Program-made: the position numbers and the translations under genes | Virus record (IMG/VR): IMGVR_UViG_3300030117_004654 | Location: 27,866-91,865 of that record | Length of the DNA stretch: 64,000 bases | Reading direction: 5' to 3' (one strand) | Source of the DNA: a virus | The notes under the pieces: generated by a model | What the model saw: only the letters and a program-made list of their open reading frames with translations | Databases searched by the model: none | What the model was told of the DNA's origin: nothing | Shown: one piece after another, positions 1 to 10,740 of the stretch | Numbering within the stretch: the first letter of the stretch is position 1 | Layout: the number at the start of each line of letters is the position of its first letter

Positions 1-37
1 CATTTCGGATGCAAAATCTAGAGTATCAATTTCCATA

Positions 38-676
38 TCATTTACCTCCGGGCGGTTTTTGTTCTAAAGAGTAAATAAACTTTCTGTGCTTTTGTCCATA
101 TCGAGCAAGCATTTGTTTTGCTGATTGTGGAAATTTATCTTTATTCCAATCTTTTAATTCTTTTCTTGCAAGCAATTCTAATCTAGTTAACTTATTTTTT
201 TGTCTATGAGTTTTTGCCCAACGATTAACATAATTGATAAGTCTAGCAATTTTAGCGGGCATTTCTTTATGTGTTAATTCTTGACTAAGGCCTAGAATAT
301 AAGCGAACTTATTAAAATCTTGCTTTATTGTGTCTGGATGTTCAAGAAATTCTTTTAATGCAACATAAGGATTTTCAGGAAACATTCCCATATAAGCCAC
401 ATATTCTTTCTTTCTATTAGGATGCCAATAAAACTCTTCATCGGCTGCGTCGTGGGCTGCATGAGTTGATTCGTGCATAATCACTCTTTTAACATATTCC
501 ATTAATTCCTTTTCAGTTGGTTCTCTACCCAATTTAGTTTTTACAAAATCATAAATCTTTTTATGATTAATTTGGATATTACTAAATTCTGGCATATTAC
601 CCCAAGATTCATAATGACCTAATCCTTTAGGTTCATCACTAAAGTCAATATCAACCTTAAGAATATCCCACCACAT
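38..676 (-). CDS. Putative zincin-like metallopeptidase with N-terminal WxxILK tag
   Basis: IMHESTHAAH (HExxH) followed by KKEYVAY (candidate third Glu ligand); begins MWWDILK. Confidence 0.6.
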   Translation of the reverse strand: MWWDILKVDIDFSDEPKGLGHYESWGNMPEFSNIQINHKKIYDFVKTKLGREPTEKELMEYVKRVIMHESTHAAHDAADEEFYWHPNRKKEYVAYMGMFPENPYVALKEFLEHPDTIKQDFNKFAYILGLSQELTHKEMPAKIARLINYVNRWAKTHRQKNKLTRLELLARKELKDWNKDKFPQSAKQMLARYGQKHRKFIYSLEQKPPGGK

Positions 677-688
677 AATTATATCCCC

Positions 689-1225
689 TTATATCGAAGC
701 CCCTGCTCTACTTTCTACTAGGAAAATCTCATCTGATTCTATACCGTATTTTTTACCATCTATTGCGGGAGTTTCTTTATCTAATATAACCTGCTCAAAG
801 TCAACGTATCTTTCTTCAGGCTTCCAATCCATATCAAGTTCTATCAATTCTCTCTTCTTTTCTTCAGGTGTTTGGTTCTCTAAAAACTCTAATGGGTCAC
901 GGATATATTTTACACTACCAAATGAACTTAATATTTTACCGTTGTAATTTTCTTTGAACCATTCTATTAATGTTTTAAGATTTTTAGCATAAATAGTTTT
1001 ACCTACACCAACCACAACACCGGTTTTATACCCATCGTAATCGGAATTACTGTAATCAAATTGACTAGAATCAAATGTAACATATTGTCCAGCAGGAACA
1101 TATGTAAATTTCATTCCATATTCTTCTTCTTTTATTTTAATAACTTTATGATTAGGTATAAGAATTCGTTTTTTGGGTTCAGGGTCTTGTCCCCCTCTTC
1201 TTCTTTTCAAAATATCAAACCACAT
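689..1225 (-). CDS. Hypothetical protein, WxxILK-tag family
   Basis: 178-aa ORF beginning MWFDILK; GGTGA upstream; start overlaps upstream stop (TAATG). Confidence 0.75.
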   Translation of the reverse strand: MWFDILKRRRGGQDPEPKKRILIPNHKVIKIKEEEYGMKFTYVPAGQYVTFDSSQFDYSNSDYDGYKTGVVVGVGKTIYAKNLKTLIEWFKENYNGKILSSFGSVKYIRDPLEFLENQTPEEKKRELIELDMDWKPEERYVDFEQVILDKETPAIDGKKYGIESDEIFLVESRAGASI

Positions 1226-1590
1226 TATTCATCACCATATGTATATTCATACCAATCCCAATGAACCATATCAAGTAATTCTTCAAAATCTGCCGCTATC
1301 TTATCCCATTCAACATCTGCTAAAGCATGAGTTTGAGTAAACTCTTCAAGCATTAATTGGTAAGTCAAGCCCATATGAGGCGAATTTAGAATATTATGTA
1401 AATTCTTGGCTAACCACATTTCAGTTTGTTCAGGTGTTATGTTTTTTTCATTAGGATGTGGGTATTCCGGCGAGTCAGGGTCTAAAGCAATTGATAAAAG
1501 ATGTTTTGCCATCTCCCCATCTTCAACAAATATCTTACTATACATAGCCTGAGTAGCAGCGTTGCCTGTTTTTAATATATTAAACCACAT
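1225..1590 (-). CDS. Hypothetical protein, WxxILK-tag family (start reassigned to 1590)
   Basis: Internal Met gives MWFNILK with a GGTGA RBS just upstream. Confidence 0.7.
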   Translation of the reverse strand: MWFNILKTGNAATQAMYSKIFVEDGEMAKHLLSIALDPDSPEYPHPNEKNITPEQTEMWLAKNLHNILNSPHMGLTYQLMLEEFTQTHALADVEWDKIAADFEELLDMVHWDWYEYTYGDE

Positions 1591-1591
1591 A

Positions 1592-2197
1592 TTATTCACC
1601 AACAGGTTCGTAATCAATCAATAATGCTCTCCAAGTTTTCTCAAAACTATCACTATATTTCTTTACTGCCCATGCTGCATTAGGGTCATTTTCATATCTA
1701 TTTTTAAACCATTGAATGGTTTTTTCTGGTATACCCGGAAATTGTTCTAAAGCCTTTTCTGAAGGATTAATAATCCAATTAAATCTACCTCTTTGCATAT
1801 TTAAATATTTTCCGAGTGGAGTCGCTTTTGGCTTCAATCCTGCAATTTTAGGAACAACTATATTAGCATCTCTAGTATCTGCTAATCTAGAATAAACACC
1901 TCTAACCCCATTTGTTGTTCGATATTTAGGTATAACATAAGCATCACCAAAGAAAGCATAATCTCCTGCTAATTGATACCCAATAAAACCGACAGGTTTT
2001 CCTTTATCTTCAACATTAAAGTTATCATCATTATGAATTGCAACAATATATCTATTAATAGGATACATTTCAGATAATTCTGGATTTCTGGGGTCTAATT
2101 TTTTACCCCAAGATTCCTGCCAACGAGAAGCGATAGTACTTTTATCAGAATTTTGAAATCGAATCTCTAATTCGTGCATTTGATTTTCTTCAGTCAT
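1592..2197 (-). CDS. Putative GNAT-family acetyltransferase
   Basis: PVGFIG...FFGDAYVIPKYRTTNGVRGVYSRL resembles GNAT motif A (V.P.YR..G); C-terminal EKTWRALL. Confidence 0.5.
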   Translation of the reverse strand: MTEENQMHELEIRFQNSDKSTIASRWQESWGKKLDPRNPELSEMYPINRYIVAIHNDDNFNVEDKGKPVGFIGYQLAGDYAFFGDAYVIPKYRTTNGVRGVYSRLADTRDANIVVPKIAGLKPKATPLGKYLNMQRGRFNWIINPSEKALEQFPGIPEKTIQWFKNRYENDPNAAWAVKKYSDSFEKTWRALLIDYEPVGE

Positions 2198-4689
2198 CTA
2201 CACAACCCCTTAATCTTATAAATGATTTCTCCGCTAAGACCATAATTAGAAGAAAGATTTTGCATAGAGTCATGAGATTTAACTATTGAATCAATTTCAA
2301 TTGTAGTAACTTCGACCTTATCTTCTTTATGAATTCTATTTATTAGATAATCCATATCAGAAATATCATCAGTAAATAACTCACCATAATAAATTTTTAA
2401 TCCAGCCGATTTTCTGATAACATCATAAGCATTCATAATAGCATCATTGATTTCATCAGACTTTCTAACAGAAGGACTACTGACCTCTAAAAATTTATTA
2501 ACAAGTTCTTGTAATTTTTTACCACTAATCTCTCTAAACTTTTGTTCCTTTCTTAAAATTTGATTCATTTGTTCAGAAGAGAGTAATGTACGAAGTCTAG
2601 TAATAGGTTTCCTAGAATCTAATTTATCATACTCACTTAAGTTCTTACCCATAAAATTAATGGTACTAAGGTCAACATCAGGATAATTTCTTGTAGCAAT
2701 AGTTGAAGCATAGTCAGCCGCCCAATTTCTATTATCTTCTTCAAATTTTTCAGGTAATAATTCATCTAATATTTCAACAATATCTTCTAACGCTTGAATA
2801 AATATCGGCCAACTTTCTTCTCCACCCTTTCTAATAGTTTCAAAGAAATTAATAAGTTCTTGCAAATCAGTAATAGTAATATTTTCAGCATATCCATCCA
2901 AGATTTCTTGTTCTGCCTTAACCTCATCAGTTTGTGAAAAATTCATTTTAAGATTTCTAAAATCATAATTTCTAACATCTTCTGCAAAATCAGGTTTCTC
3001 ATCTTCAGCAAACATATTAGAAGTTAATGGACCGAAATAATATTTATCCATAGATTCTATCAAATTTTTAATAGCAGTATTAAATGTTTCTTCATCAAAC
3101 TTTCTCTTAATTGATGGTCTAAATGGTTGCGCTCTATCCATTCTCATTCCTGTTTTTGGAGGCGTTTTCTTACCTGCTTGTAATGGTGGTGCGCCGCTTC
3201 CACTCATAACATCACTAACACTTTGAGAAACCATAAATTGACCCTTACTTTCAATTAAAACATCATTAAGGAAAGCAAAGAAATCTTCAGCACTTTGATT
3301 TAAATTAGCATAATCCTGTTGTTTTATGGTTCCATCTTCACCTTCCATTAATTCAACTAACCAATCAGTGTAAGGAAGATAAACCGAATCATATTCGCTT
3401 TCAGCAGATGTTTCCATAATTTGTTCCCAAATATTCATTGCGTTTTTATATTCAGAATCTGTTGATTTTTCATAAGCATATTGTAAAAATTCTTTCATGT
3501 ATTCTTTGAAGAAATCTGACTCATCAAATGCAATAGGGATAGATATGTCATCAAATAATTGAGCCTCAATAATGTAATATAAAATAGGGTCAACCTTTTT
3601 ATTTTTAGTTAACAAATCAGTTTCTTCTAACGCAAGTTCACTCATTTGGCCTCTAACTTTACCTAATTTTTCTTTCCAATCTCTAGCAGTTCTTCCAAAA
3701 ATATCTTCCATATCTGAACTAGAAATTGCTTTTGGTGCATCCCGTATAACAACAGATTCTCCAACAACAGGCTCATTAATTCTTTGTCCCTGTTCAGTAT
3801 TAGGTCCGGGCCTTTGTAATTGAGTTAAATAATTTTTTGCTTCGTTTCTTGCACCTTCTTCATATTCTTTAAGATTCATACCAAGAGGTAATTTACCACC
3901 TAACATTTCCATTACTTTTAATAGACGCAATTGTTCTTTTTCTAATTTAATTCTAGGTGATTTAACATTAATTACATATTTAGGCAATTCTGGAATAGTT
4001 AACCCATGTTCCTCATTTGACCAAAAATCAGTATTTTTTAATTCTTTTGTAAATTGTTTCCAAGAGGTTTCTAACGCAGACCATTCATCATTAACCTTAT
4101 CCCAAAAAGTGTAGATAGTATCTCTATCTTTAGATAATGTTATATCAACATCATTAATTTCATCTAGCATACCATCAATAGTTAGTGTAACTTTCTTTAA
4201 TTTAGAAGGGTCAGGCATATTTGCTACATCTGCTGATAATTTAATCATTACTTGTTGTAATTGGGAAACACCTTCCATGCCCTGCTTTGATAACAATTGC
4301 TCAACAATTTCTAATTGTCCTAATAATTCTTCTAAATCGTCATCATCCTTAATGTATGTAAAATTGGGAGTAACCTTATTGACATTAAAGTTAGAAATTA
4401 AATTATTGTATTTCAAGTTACCTGAACCATATTTAATGTTCTTAAAATACTGTTTATCAATTTTATCAATTTGAGCAGGAGGGAAATACTGTGGCCCAGC
4501 GTCAGCAGACTTATCTCCTTCAGAAATAATTTCATCTAAATATTCATCAAAATCTAAACCTTCTGCTTCAATTGCATCTTCATAATCATCTTGGAAATCA
4601 TCAGACCAACGAGATACTTTATTTTGTATTTTGGCTTGTTTATAAGCCTCTATAAATTCTTGTTTTCTTTCTTCAAAACTCATATTCAT
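2194..4689 (-). CDS. Large acidic hypothetical protein, possible C-terminal HTH-like segment
   Basis: 831-aa ORF coupled to neighbours by ATGA overlaps; C-terminus SMQNLSSNYGLSGEIIYKIKG. Confidence 0.75.
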   Translation of the reverse strand: MNMSFEERKQEFIEAYKQAKIQNKVSRWSDDFQDDYEDAIEAEGLDFDEYLDEIISEGDKSADAGPQYFPPAQIDKIDKQYFKNIKYGSGNLKYNNLISNFNVNKVTPNFTYIKDDDDLEELLGQLEIVEQLLSKQGMEGVSQLQQVMIKLSADVANMPDPSKLKKVTLTIDGMLDEINDVDITLSKDRDTIYTFWDKVNDEWSALETSWKQFTKELKNTDFWSNEEHGLTIPELPKYVINVKSPRIKLEKEQLRLLKVMEMLGGKLPLGMNLKEYEEGARNEAKNYLTQLQRPGPNTEQGQRINEPVVGESVVIRDAPKAISSSDMEDIFGRTARDWKEKLGKVRGQMSELALEETDLLTKNKKVDPILYYIIEAQLFDDISIPIAFDESDFFKEYMKEFLQYAYEKSTDSEYKNAMNIWEQIMETSAESEYDSVYLPYTDWLVELMEGEDGTIKQQDYANLNQSAEDFFAFLNDVLIESKGQFMVSQSVSDVMSGSGAPPLQAGKKTPPKTGMRMDRAQPFRPSIKRKFDEETFNTAIKNLIESMDKYYFGPLTSNMFAEDEKPDFAEDVRNYDFRNLKMNFSQTDEVKAEQEILDGYAENITITDLQELINFFETIRKGGEESWPIFIQALEDIVEILDELLPEKFEEDNRNWAADYASTIATRNYPDVDLSTINFMGKNLSEYDKLDSRKPITRLRTLLSSEQMNQILRKEQKFREISGKKLQELVNKFLEVSSPSVRKSDEINDAIMNAYDVIRKSAGLKIYYGELFTDDISDMDYLINRIHKEDKVEVTTIEIDSIVKSHDSMQNLSSNYGLSGEIIYKIKGLCR

Positions 4690-6965
4690 TCCTCCGTTAA
4701 GAACCCTTCCTTGACTAAATCATCTAATAATTCAGGATATGTAGAATTTATTGCATCCATTTGATTATTTTTAATTTTCTCTAATCTTTTTTTAACAAGC
4801 CCTTTTATTCCATCTCTAATATTTTCCAAAGCCGTTTGCAAAGTTTTAGAAAAATCATCAACATCACTATCTAATTCTCCATCTAAAATATTTCTTAGTC
4901 TTTCTTTTTCTGGAATCTTTTCTTGATACTTATCATTTAATGTATGAAGAAGTGGTCTTAAAACTTTTTGGTCAGCAACTTCTTTTTCAACCTTTCCTAA
5001 AAAATCTATCACAGATATAAAATTAGAATTAGATAATTTTAGTTTTTCTTCCGGAGAAGAAGTAATTATTCCATTTGGACCTGTTAAATCTGAGGATGTA
5101 TAATACACATCGAATAAAGTGTATGCTATTGTTTTTTCTAGAGGAGAACCACTTTTAAGTTTATTTGCATCCTTAAATGTGCCTTCTTCTATATTACCAA
5201 CAAGACCTTGAAGGTGAAACTCTTTAGTTAAATGCCTATTATCAGGATTACGTCTAAAGGTTCTAAACCTACTTCTTAACGCCCTCCAATTACTAGGTGG
5301 ATTATCTAAATATAGATAGTTATGTAACTCTCTAACTATTTCCGAATATTTATCCGAACCTTCAGGTAATTTATACAACCCAACGACCTGTTTTGCACCG
5401 CCCTCTTTGGTCTGTGTGGGGGATTTTTCGCCACCGACCACCCCGAAACCACTGTTCTGACGGCCCTGTTTTTTTGAAATGAAATCAGAACGTTCTTCAG
5501 GAGAATAAGCGCGTAAAAACGCATCTACAAGTTTTTTATTATCGCCTTGAGGGTTCGCTTCTTGAAGTGCCGAGGCCAATAGGTCAATAAAATCAACGAA
5601 ATCTTTAGTAACTGAATTTCTAATTCTAGAAATCTTATCCTTCATACTTTGAACATATTTATCTCTAGACTCATTATAGATATTTTTATCTGGACTATTT
5701 AATTGAGCATTAAGAATAGTTTTATATTGTTTTTCATCTAAGTTATCTCTACCAAGTATTGTTAGAATACCGTCATCATCTTTATTACCGGTATTATATT
5801 TATTCCAAGATTGATTAACATAATCTTCTTTTACTGCATCTTCTCGTATAACAATACTAGATAATTCTGAAAACCATTCATTAGCAAGAGTATTTTCTAC
5901 TTCAGTATTTTGTTTCATAATTCCTTCTAGTAGAGGATTTAGCCACATCCTTTGATTTTTTTCCTGTTTACCTTTTAAGAATTTATTTAGACCTAATCCC
6001 ACCTTTAAATATCCTCTAATGGGATTGCCTCTAATTTTCTTTTTAGTTGCAAATTTTCTAAGATAAGTTAATGCTTCTCGTGGTGTAATATCATTAACTT
6101 GGTATTTTTTGATTTCTACATCTTGCTTAAGATGGCCAAAGAAAGCCTTAAGTTTTGGAGTATCTTCTGGAACATATTGAATAAGAGTTTGTACTGTTTC
6201 ATCACCAAGAGAACTTATTAGTAATACTTTATCTCTTCTTTTTGGTTGTAAACTTTTATAATTTTTAGCCATTAAAGTTTCAATTTCATCCCAATCTGGA
6301 GTTTGATTTGCCTTCAATGTTTCTGCCGCATCTTTGAGTAAATCTACTAATTGAGCATGGGCTAATTTTTGAGTTTGTGGTGGAGAACTCCTACCACCAT
6401 GAGTTGAATCATGTTCTTTGAACTTCTCCATCAATGGTTGTAATTTAACATAATTCTCTTTAACTAAATTTCTATTTTCTTTAAATTCGGCCCTATCAGT
6501 TTTTCTCTCAGAAAATGGAATTAAATCTTTTGCCGCAGAATTTTCATTCCATTCAAAGAATTTTTTATAAGTAATAGTTGGCTGCATAAATCCAGCAAAA
6601 GCATACTTATCAAATGTTTTTTCAAACAATTGTAGTTGTAAATCAAATGATATATCTGTAAGAAGTTTCCTCCACTTAGAATTATTTCTTCCGGGCAATT
6701 GTAATTTAGTAACAGATTTTTCTGACTTAAGCATCTTGTTTTCTTTAGTCATCTCGTCTAACCAATCTCTTGCATACTTAACAAAAAAATCTACTTCCTT
6801 TTCAGAATGCATTTTAATTAATTCTAGAATATAACTATTAATAAGATTATACCAATTAGGGTTTATTTTTTTAGCCTTACGCCAAATTTCAGGGGCGGCA
6901 TCATAAACCTCTTTCAATTTAGAAAGATTAGTTTTTTCTACCTTTAGAATATTTGCCCAATTCAT
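4686..6965 (-). CDS. Large hypothetical protein, WxxILK-tag family
   Basis: 759-aa ORF beginning MNWANILK. Confidence 0.8.
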   Translation of the reverse strand: MNWANILKVEKTNLSKLKEVYDAAPEIWRKAKKINPNWYNLINSYILELIKMHSEKEVDFFVKYARDWLDEMTKENKMLKSEKSVTKLQLPGRNNSKWRKLLTDISFDLQLQLFEKTFDKYAFAGFMQPTITYKKFFEWNENSAAKDLIPFSERKTDRAEFKENRNLVKENYVKLQPLMEKFKEHDSTHGGRSSPPQTQKLAHAQLVDLLKDAAETLKANQTPDWDEIETLMAKNYKSLQPKRRDKVLLISSLGDETVQTLIQYVPEDTPKLKAFFGHLKQDVEIKKYQVNDITPREALTYLRKFATKKKIRGNPIRGYLKVGLGLNKFLKGKQEKNQRMWLNPLLEGIMKQNTEVENTLANEWFSELSSIVIREDAVKEDYVNQSWNKYNTGNKDDDGILTILGRDNLDEKQYKTILNAQLNSPDKNIYNESRDKYVQSMKDKISRIRNSVTKDFVDFIDLLASALQEANPQGDNKKLVDAFLRAYSPEERSDFISKKQGRQNSGFGVVGGEKSPTQTKEGGAKQVVGLYKLPEGSDKYSEIVRELHNYLYLDNPPSNWRALRSRFRTFRRNPDNRHLTKEFHLQGLVGNIEEGTFKDANKLKSGSPLEKTIAYTLFDVYYTSSDLTGPNGIITSSPEEKLKLSNSNFISVIDFLGKVEKEVADQKVLRPLLHTLNDKYQEKIPEKERLRNILDGELDSDVDDFSKTLQTALENIRDGIKGLVKKRLEKIKNNQMDAINSTYPELLDDLVKEGFLTEE

Positions 6966-8953
6966 GACTGTTCCTCCGGTTCAGGCTCATCAGGTTTCAT
7001 TTCTTCTTCCTTTTCTTCTTCCGCAAAAGTTTCTTTAGGCGGTTGAGTTGTTTCATCACTAATTGTTAATTCTTCTTCAGGTTCTTTTTCTTCAGGTTCT
7101 TCTGCCTGTTGTTCTTTTTCTTCAGGTGTTGGGTCAGGTGTTGGGTCAACTGCTCTTTCATGTGCATTTGATACCCAATCGCGTTCTGCTGCATTATATT
7201 TCCATTGACCATCAGGAGATAATTCGCCGTCTTTAGGGGCAGGTTTACCCATACTTCCTTCTTTCCAATCTCCCCCTTCTTGTGTTTCTGATTCAGGGAC
7301 TTCTCGCAACGGTGTCCTTTCTCGTAATCCATATTTCTGCTTAAATTCGCCTAATTTTCTTTTATGCCAAGGTGTAGTTTGTCGCATTACTTGTTTTTTA
7401 TTTCTTTGCAACATCTCTCTCCAATCATATAAATCTCTAGTTGGCATTTTAAATTCTGCCTCATTTTCTGGAAGTGCTTCGCCTTCTGCCCCAAATTTCT
7501 TTTCCCAATTAATAGGGATTTTTCTATCTAAACTTCTTATTGTTTTTCTCCAACCTTGAGGTCTTTCACTTTCAGCAACATCCATAATTTTCTTTTTTTG
7601 TTCAACTGCGTCAATAATCTTTTTCTTCTTTCTTTCTCTACCTCTTTGGATAGCACTGTCTTGGTCAGCAACATTACCCATCATACGCATTTCTTGCTCA
7701 AATCTTTTTTGATGCCATTTATCAGAACCGGGAGTATATTTAGAAGTTTTTAGTTGTTCTTTCCATCTACCAAGTTTTTCTTTACCAGCACCATATAATT
7801 CTTTACCCTTTTCTTTACCGGTATCATATAATTCTTTACCTGCATCAAAAACCATTTGAGCAGCATCACCTTGAACATTTCTCATTTGCGTTCTTGCTGC
7901 TGGGCCTAATCTTTCTTCTCTTTCTCTACGTTGTGCTTCCAACATATCTCTACGTTCATTTTCATCAGTAGCCTCATCAAACGCTTGATTAAACTCATCT
8001 CTTCTTAATTTATCTTGCCACCTATCATAAGCCTGTTTATGATGTTCTTTACCCCTTTGTTCTTTAGCAGGTTTATCTACCATTTCTCCTCTTAGGGCTT
8101 CTAATAATCTATTTCTATTTTGTTCTTGAGAAGAAGTTCTTTTATCAGAAACATCCCTAAATGCTTCTGTTAATCTTTCTAAATTTTTAGGTTGTGATGC
8201 TATTGTTTTTTCACGTAATTGTTGCAATCTTGATTTAGGAACAGGTTTATCTAATAACCTTTCTACTGCTGTTTTACCCCTTGGTTTATCAACTAAAGCA
8301 GATAAAGCAGGTGTTTTTTCCTTTCTCCATTCTTCGGGAGATAATGATGCTAATCTCTCTTTTTCTGCAATTTCTTCATCTTCTCTTTGAATATCTTCTT
8401 CAATTTCTGTAAGCCACTCATCGCCTACTTTATTTCTTCTTTTAGTATCTGCACCACGACGGGCGGCTTCTGAGCGTTTATCGGCTAATGCCTCTTGTTC
8501 GCCCTCTTCTACTAATCTACGTTGTTCTAGAATATCTTCTCCGCGAAGACGATTTCTTTCCTCTTCTTTTTCTCTTCTTCTTGCAGACTCTATTCCTCTT
8601 TGTTCTAATTTGGCTTGTTCCGCACGTTCACCTTCAAGGAATTTTTCTCTATTTGCTGCATCTAATTCTAATCCACTTAATTGTTGTTCTCCTCTTGAAC
8701 GTGGACCAAAACCTAATGCTCTTATAGCCCTTTGTGACCAAGTTTCTTTAGGAAGTTCTCCTTCCCCTGACCTTGCTCTTTCCATTCTTTCTTTTCTTTC
8801 AGCAGCAACTCTTTCTTTTTCTGCTTCTCTAGCCATATAGTCACTAAATTCATCTTCAGTCATATCTGAATCAGATGCTTCTTGAATTCTTCTCATTGTA
8901 TCTTGATGAGCCCTTCGGCTTTTTTCGATGTTTAATGTATCTTTCCAAGTCAT
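6962..8953 (-). CDS. Highly charged coiled-coil/low-complexity protein, degenerate WxxILK tag
   Basis: 663 aa, E/R/K-rich, begins MTWKDTLN; short repeat GKELYDTGKEKGKELYGAGKEK; acidic Pro-rich tail. Confidence 0.8.
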   Translation of the reverse strand: MTWKDTLNIEKSRRAHQDTMRRIQEASDSDMTEDEFSDYMAREAEKERVAAERKERMERARSGEGELPKETWSQRAIRALGFGPRSRGEQQLSGLELDAANREKFLEGERAEQAKLEQRGIESARRREKEEERNRLRGEDILEQRRLVEEGEQEALADKRSEAARRGADTKRRNKVGDEWLTEIEEDIQREDEEIAEKERLASLSPEEWRKEKTPALSALVDKPRGKTAVERLLDKPVPKSRLQQLREKTIASQPKNLERLTEAFRDVSDKRTSSQEQNRNRLLEALRGEMVDKPAKEQRGKEHHKQAYDRWQDKLRRDEFNQAFDEATDENERRDMLEAQRREREERLGPAARTQMRNVQGDAAQMVFDAGKELYDTGKEKGKELYGAGKEKLGRWKEQLKTSKYTPGSDKWHQKRFEQEMRMMGNVADQDSAIQRGRERKKKKIIDAVEQKKKIMDVAESERPQGWRKTIRSLDRKIPINWEKKFGAEGEALPENEAEFKMPTRDLYDWREMLQRNKKQVMRQTTPWHKRKLGEFKQKYGLRERTPLREVPESETQEGGDWKEGSMGKPAPKDGELSPDGQWKYNAAERDWVSNAHERAVDPTPDPTPEEKEQQAEEPEEKEPEEELTISDETTQPPKETFAEEEKEEEMKPDEPEPEEQS

Positions 8954-9090
8954 TGCTCATCACCCCAATACCATTCATAAATTTTATCTATTATATCTTT
9001 ATGTTCGTTCTTATGGTCGCGCCAAATTTTCTTTTTATTTAAGTTTTTATATCCTTCAAGTTGAGCGTTCCAATAGTCCCAATTGAACAT
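8950..9090 (-). CDS. Small Trp-rich hypothetical protein (46 aa, not in ORF track)
   Basis: MFNWDYWNAQLEGYKNLNKKKIWRDHKNEHKDIIDKIYEWYWGDEQ; ATGA overlap with the next gene. Confidence 0.55.
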   Translation of the reverse strand: MFNWDYWNAQLEGYKNLNKKKIWRDHKNEHKDIIDKIYEWYWGDEQ

Positions 9091-9162
9091 TATAATCCTT
9101 TTCCCCATACTGTATATCTTGGCAAATACTGTGCGTATTTAGATAACCATGTTGCTAATTTA

Positions 9163-9477
9163 TCAATCACTTTCTTCGCCTAACCAATTAAGTAAAATTT
9201 TCTTATTTGCTTCTTTGTCTGCAAATCTACCGTGTAAGGAAGGGGCTAAATCATATTCCCTAAGCATCATTTGAATTTGTTTAAGCACCATTCTAGCGGT
9301 TTCAGGGTCTTCTGCTGACATATATGTTTTTATCATATTCAAAAGAACAGGTCGCATTCTTTCTTTCATAGCCGCCTGAACTTCTTTTTCTGCTTCTCTT
9401 ACATCTTTTGGTGCAAATCTTCTTGCATCAGATATAGCATCCTTTGTGCTAATTTTTAATATATCTTCCCAACTCAT
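9163..9477 (-). CDS. Hypothetical protein, WxxILK-tag family
   Basis: Begins MSWEDILK. Confidence 0.75.
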   Translation of the reverse strand: MSWEDILKISTKDAISDARRFAPKDVREAEKEVQAAMKERMRPVLLNMIKTYMSAEDPETARMVLKQIQMMLREYDLAPSLHGRFADKEANKKILLNWLGEESD

Positions 9478-9938
9478 TGTAATTCCTCCTTAATTTCATC
9501 TATCCGTCTTTTTAATTCAGACATTTCTCTTTCTCTAGATGCCCCATACCTTTTGTAATCAACATTATTCTTACGTTTAGTATGTGAATGAACATTTTTA
9601 ATCCTATCATATTCTTTTTGAAGACGTTTTAACTCTCTCATTAACGGGTCACGTTTAGTAGATTCTATTAATTCTCTAGCCCTAACGTCAACATCACTTT
9701 TAAGTGTCTCTGCGGTTTCTAAACTTTTATCCGGTTCAATTCTTTCAAACTTTGTCCATAAACTGGGATTAGTTCTTCCATCAAACGGGTCATCATATAA
9801 ATTAGAAAACCAATATGTTCCATTTATTTTATGAAATAAGTAAACAGTTTTACCTGAAGAATTTGCTAATTTTTGTGCTTCTGCTCTAGTAGAATCTAAA
9901 TCGCTACTTTCTTTTCTAAGAATATCTTCCCAACTCAT
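9474..9938 (-). CDS. Hypothetical protein, WxxILK-tag family
   Basis: Begins MSWEDILRK; C-terminal coiled coil. Confidence 0.75.
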   Translation of the reverse strand: MSWEDILRKESSDLDSTRAEAQKLANSSGKTVYLFHKINGTYWFSNLYDDPFDGRTNPSLWTKFERIEPDKSLETAETLKSDVDVRARELIESTKRDPLMRELKRLQKEYDRIKNVHSHTKRKNNVDYKRYGASREREMSELKRRIDEIKEELQ

Positions 9939-10597
9939 TGTAACTTCCTTTCCATTTCTTTCTTAACATCTAACCAGACATTAGGGTGTTGTTGAGCCAA
10001 GACTTCTTTAACAATTTGCATCTGTGCAATAACAATAGTATCCTGTCTTTTGTGAATAAGTTTACCTTTGAATTCCATAAGGTATTTTAGGCTCTCTCTA
10101 ACTTCTCTCGCTAACTTAGTTAATGAGTCAATCTGTTTAGCGTCTAAAACTTCCTCTTGGAAAATCTCATCTAATTTAATATCTAATTTCTGAATGTTCT
10201 TTGAAAGTAATTCAATTTCATCTAACTCTTTCTTAGCAATAATAGTGGCTGCTGATTTCTGAACAACAGGTTGAAGGTGACTTTTCATGTGAACTGCAAT
10301 TTGTTCTCTTGTTGTCCCTAATGTTTCTGCAAGAGCCTTTGAAGATAAAGTCCCATCTTTAACTCCTTTTTCAAAAATATCTCTCATAGGGTGAGTGCAA
10401 ACTTTACATCGAGGATTAGCCTTTTCTTCATATTCTCCAATATGATTCCTTAAATGTCTACTTGATACACCTGAAGGCCAACCCATTTTTTTATCTAATT
10501 CATCAGGTGTAATAGATAAAGAATTTAACGAATTTTCTAATTCTTCTCTGTCATCATGTTGACAAAGGCGACAATGCTTACGGGTTTTCTTACTCAT
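9935..10597 (-). CDS. Putative terminase small subunit-like Zn/HTH DNA-binding protein
   Basis: Two tandem CxxCxH...HxxxH units (CRLCQH...RHLRNH; CKVCTH...HMKSH), each with an HTH-like core, then a helical C-terminal region. Confidence 0.5.
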   Translation of the reverse strand: MSKKTRKHCRLCQHDDREELENSLNSLSITPDELDKKMGWPSGVSSRHLRNHIGEYEEKANPRCKVCTHPMRDIFEKGVKDGTLSSKALAETLGTTREQIAVHMKSHLQPVVQKSAATIIAKKELDEIELLSKNIQKLDIKLDEIFQEEVLDAKQIDSLTKLAREVRESLKYLMEFKGKLIHKRQDTIVIAQMQIVKEVLAQQHPNVWLDVKKEMERKLQ

Positions 10598-10740
10598 TCG
10601 TGGTCCACCTTTACAATAAATTTAGCAATCTTCATTAATTTGTTCCAACCCTCTTCATCATCATTATCAAAATGTTCAAGCAATAAACTAATATGACCAC
10701 GCAATTCTTTATTTGCTTTACAATAATCCATTTTACTCAT
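10594..10740 (-). CDS. Small hypothetical protein (48 aa, not in ORF track)
   Basis: MSKMDYCKANKELRGHISLLLEHFDNDDEEGWNKLMKIAKFIVKVDHE; ATGA overlaps on both sides. Confidence 0.6.
   Translation of the reverse strand: MSKMDYCKANKELRGHISLLLEHFDNDDEEGWNKLMKIAKFIVKVDHE

Noticed and set aside
1-36. Start of a further minus-strand gene (MEIDTLDFASEM...) at the window edge
   Set aside because: Only 12 codons are visible, so no product can be supported
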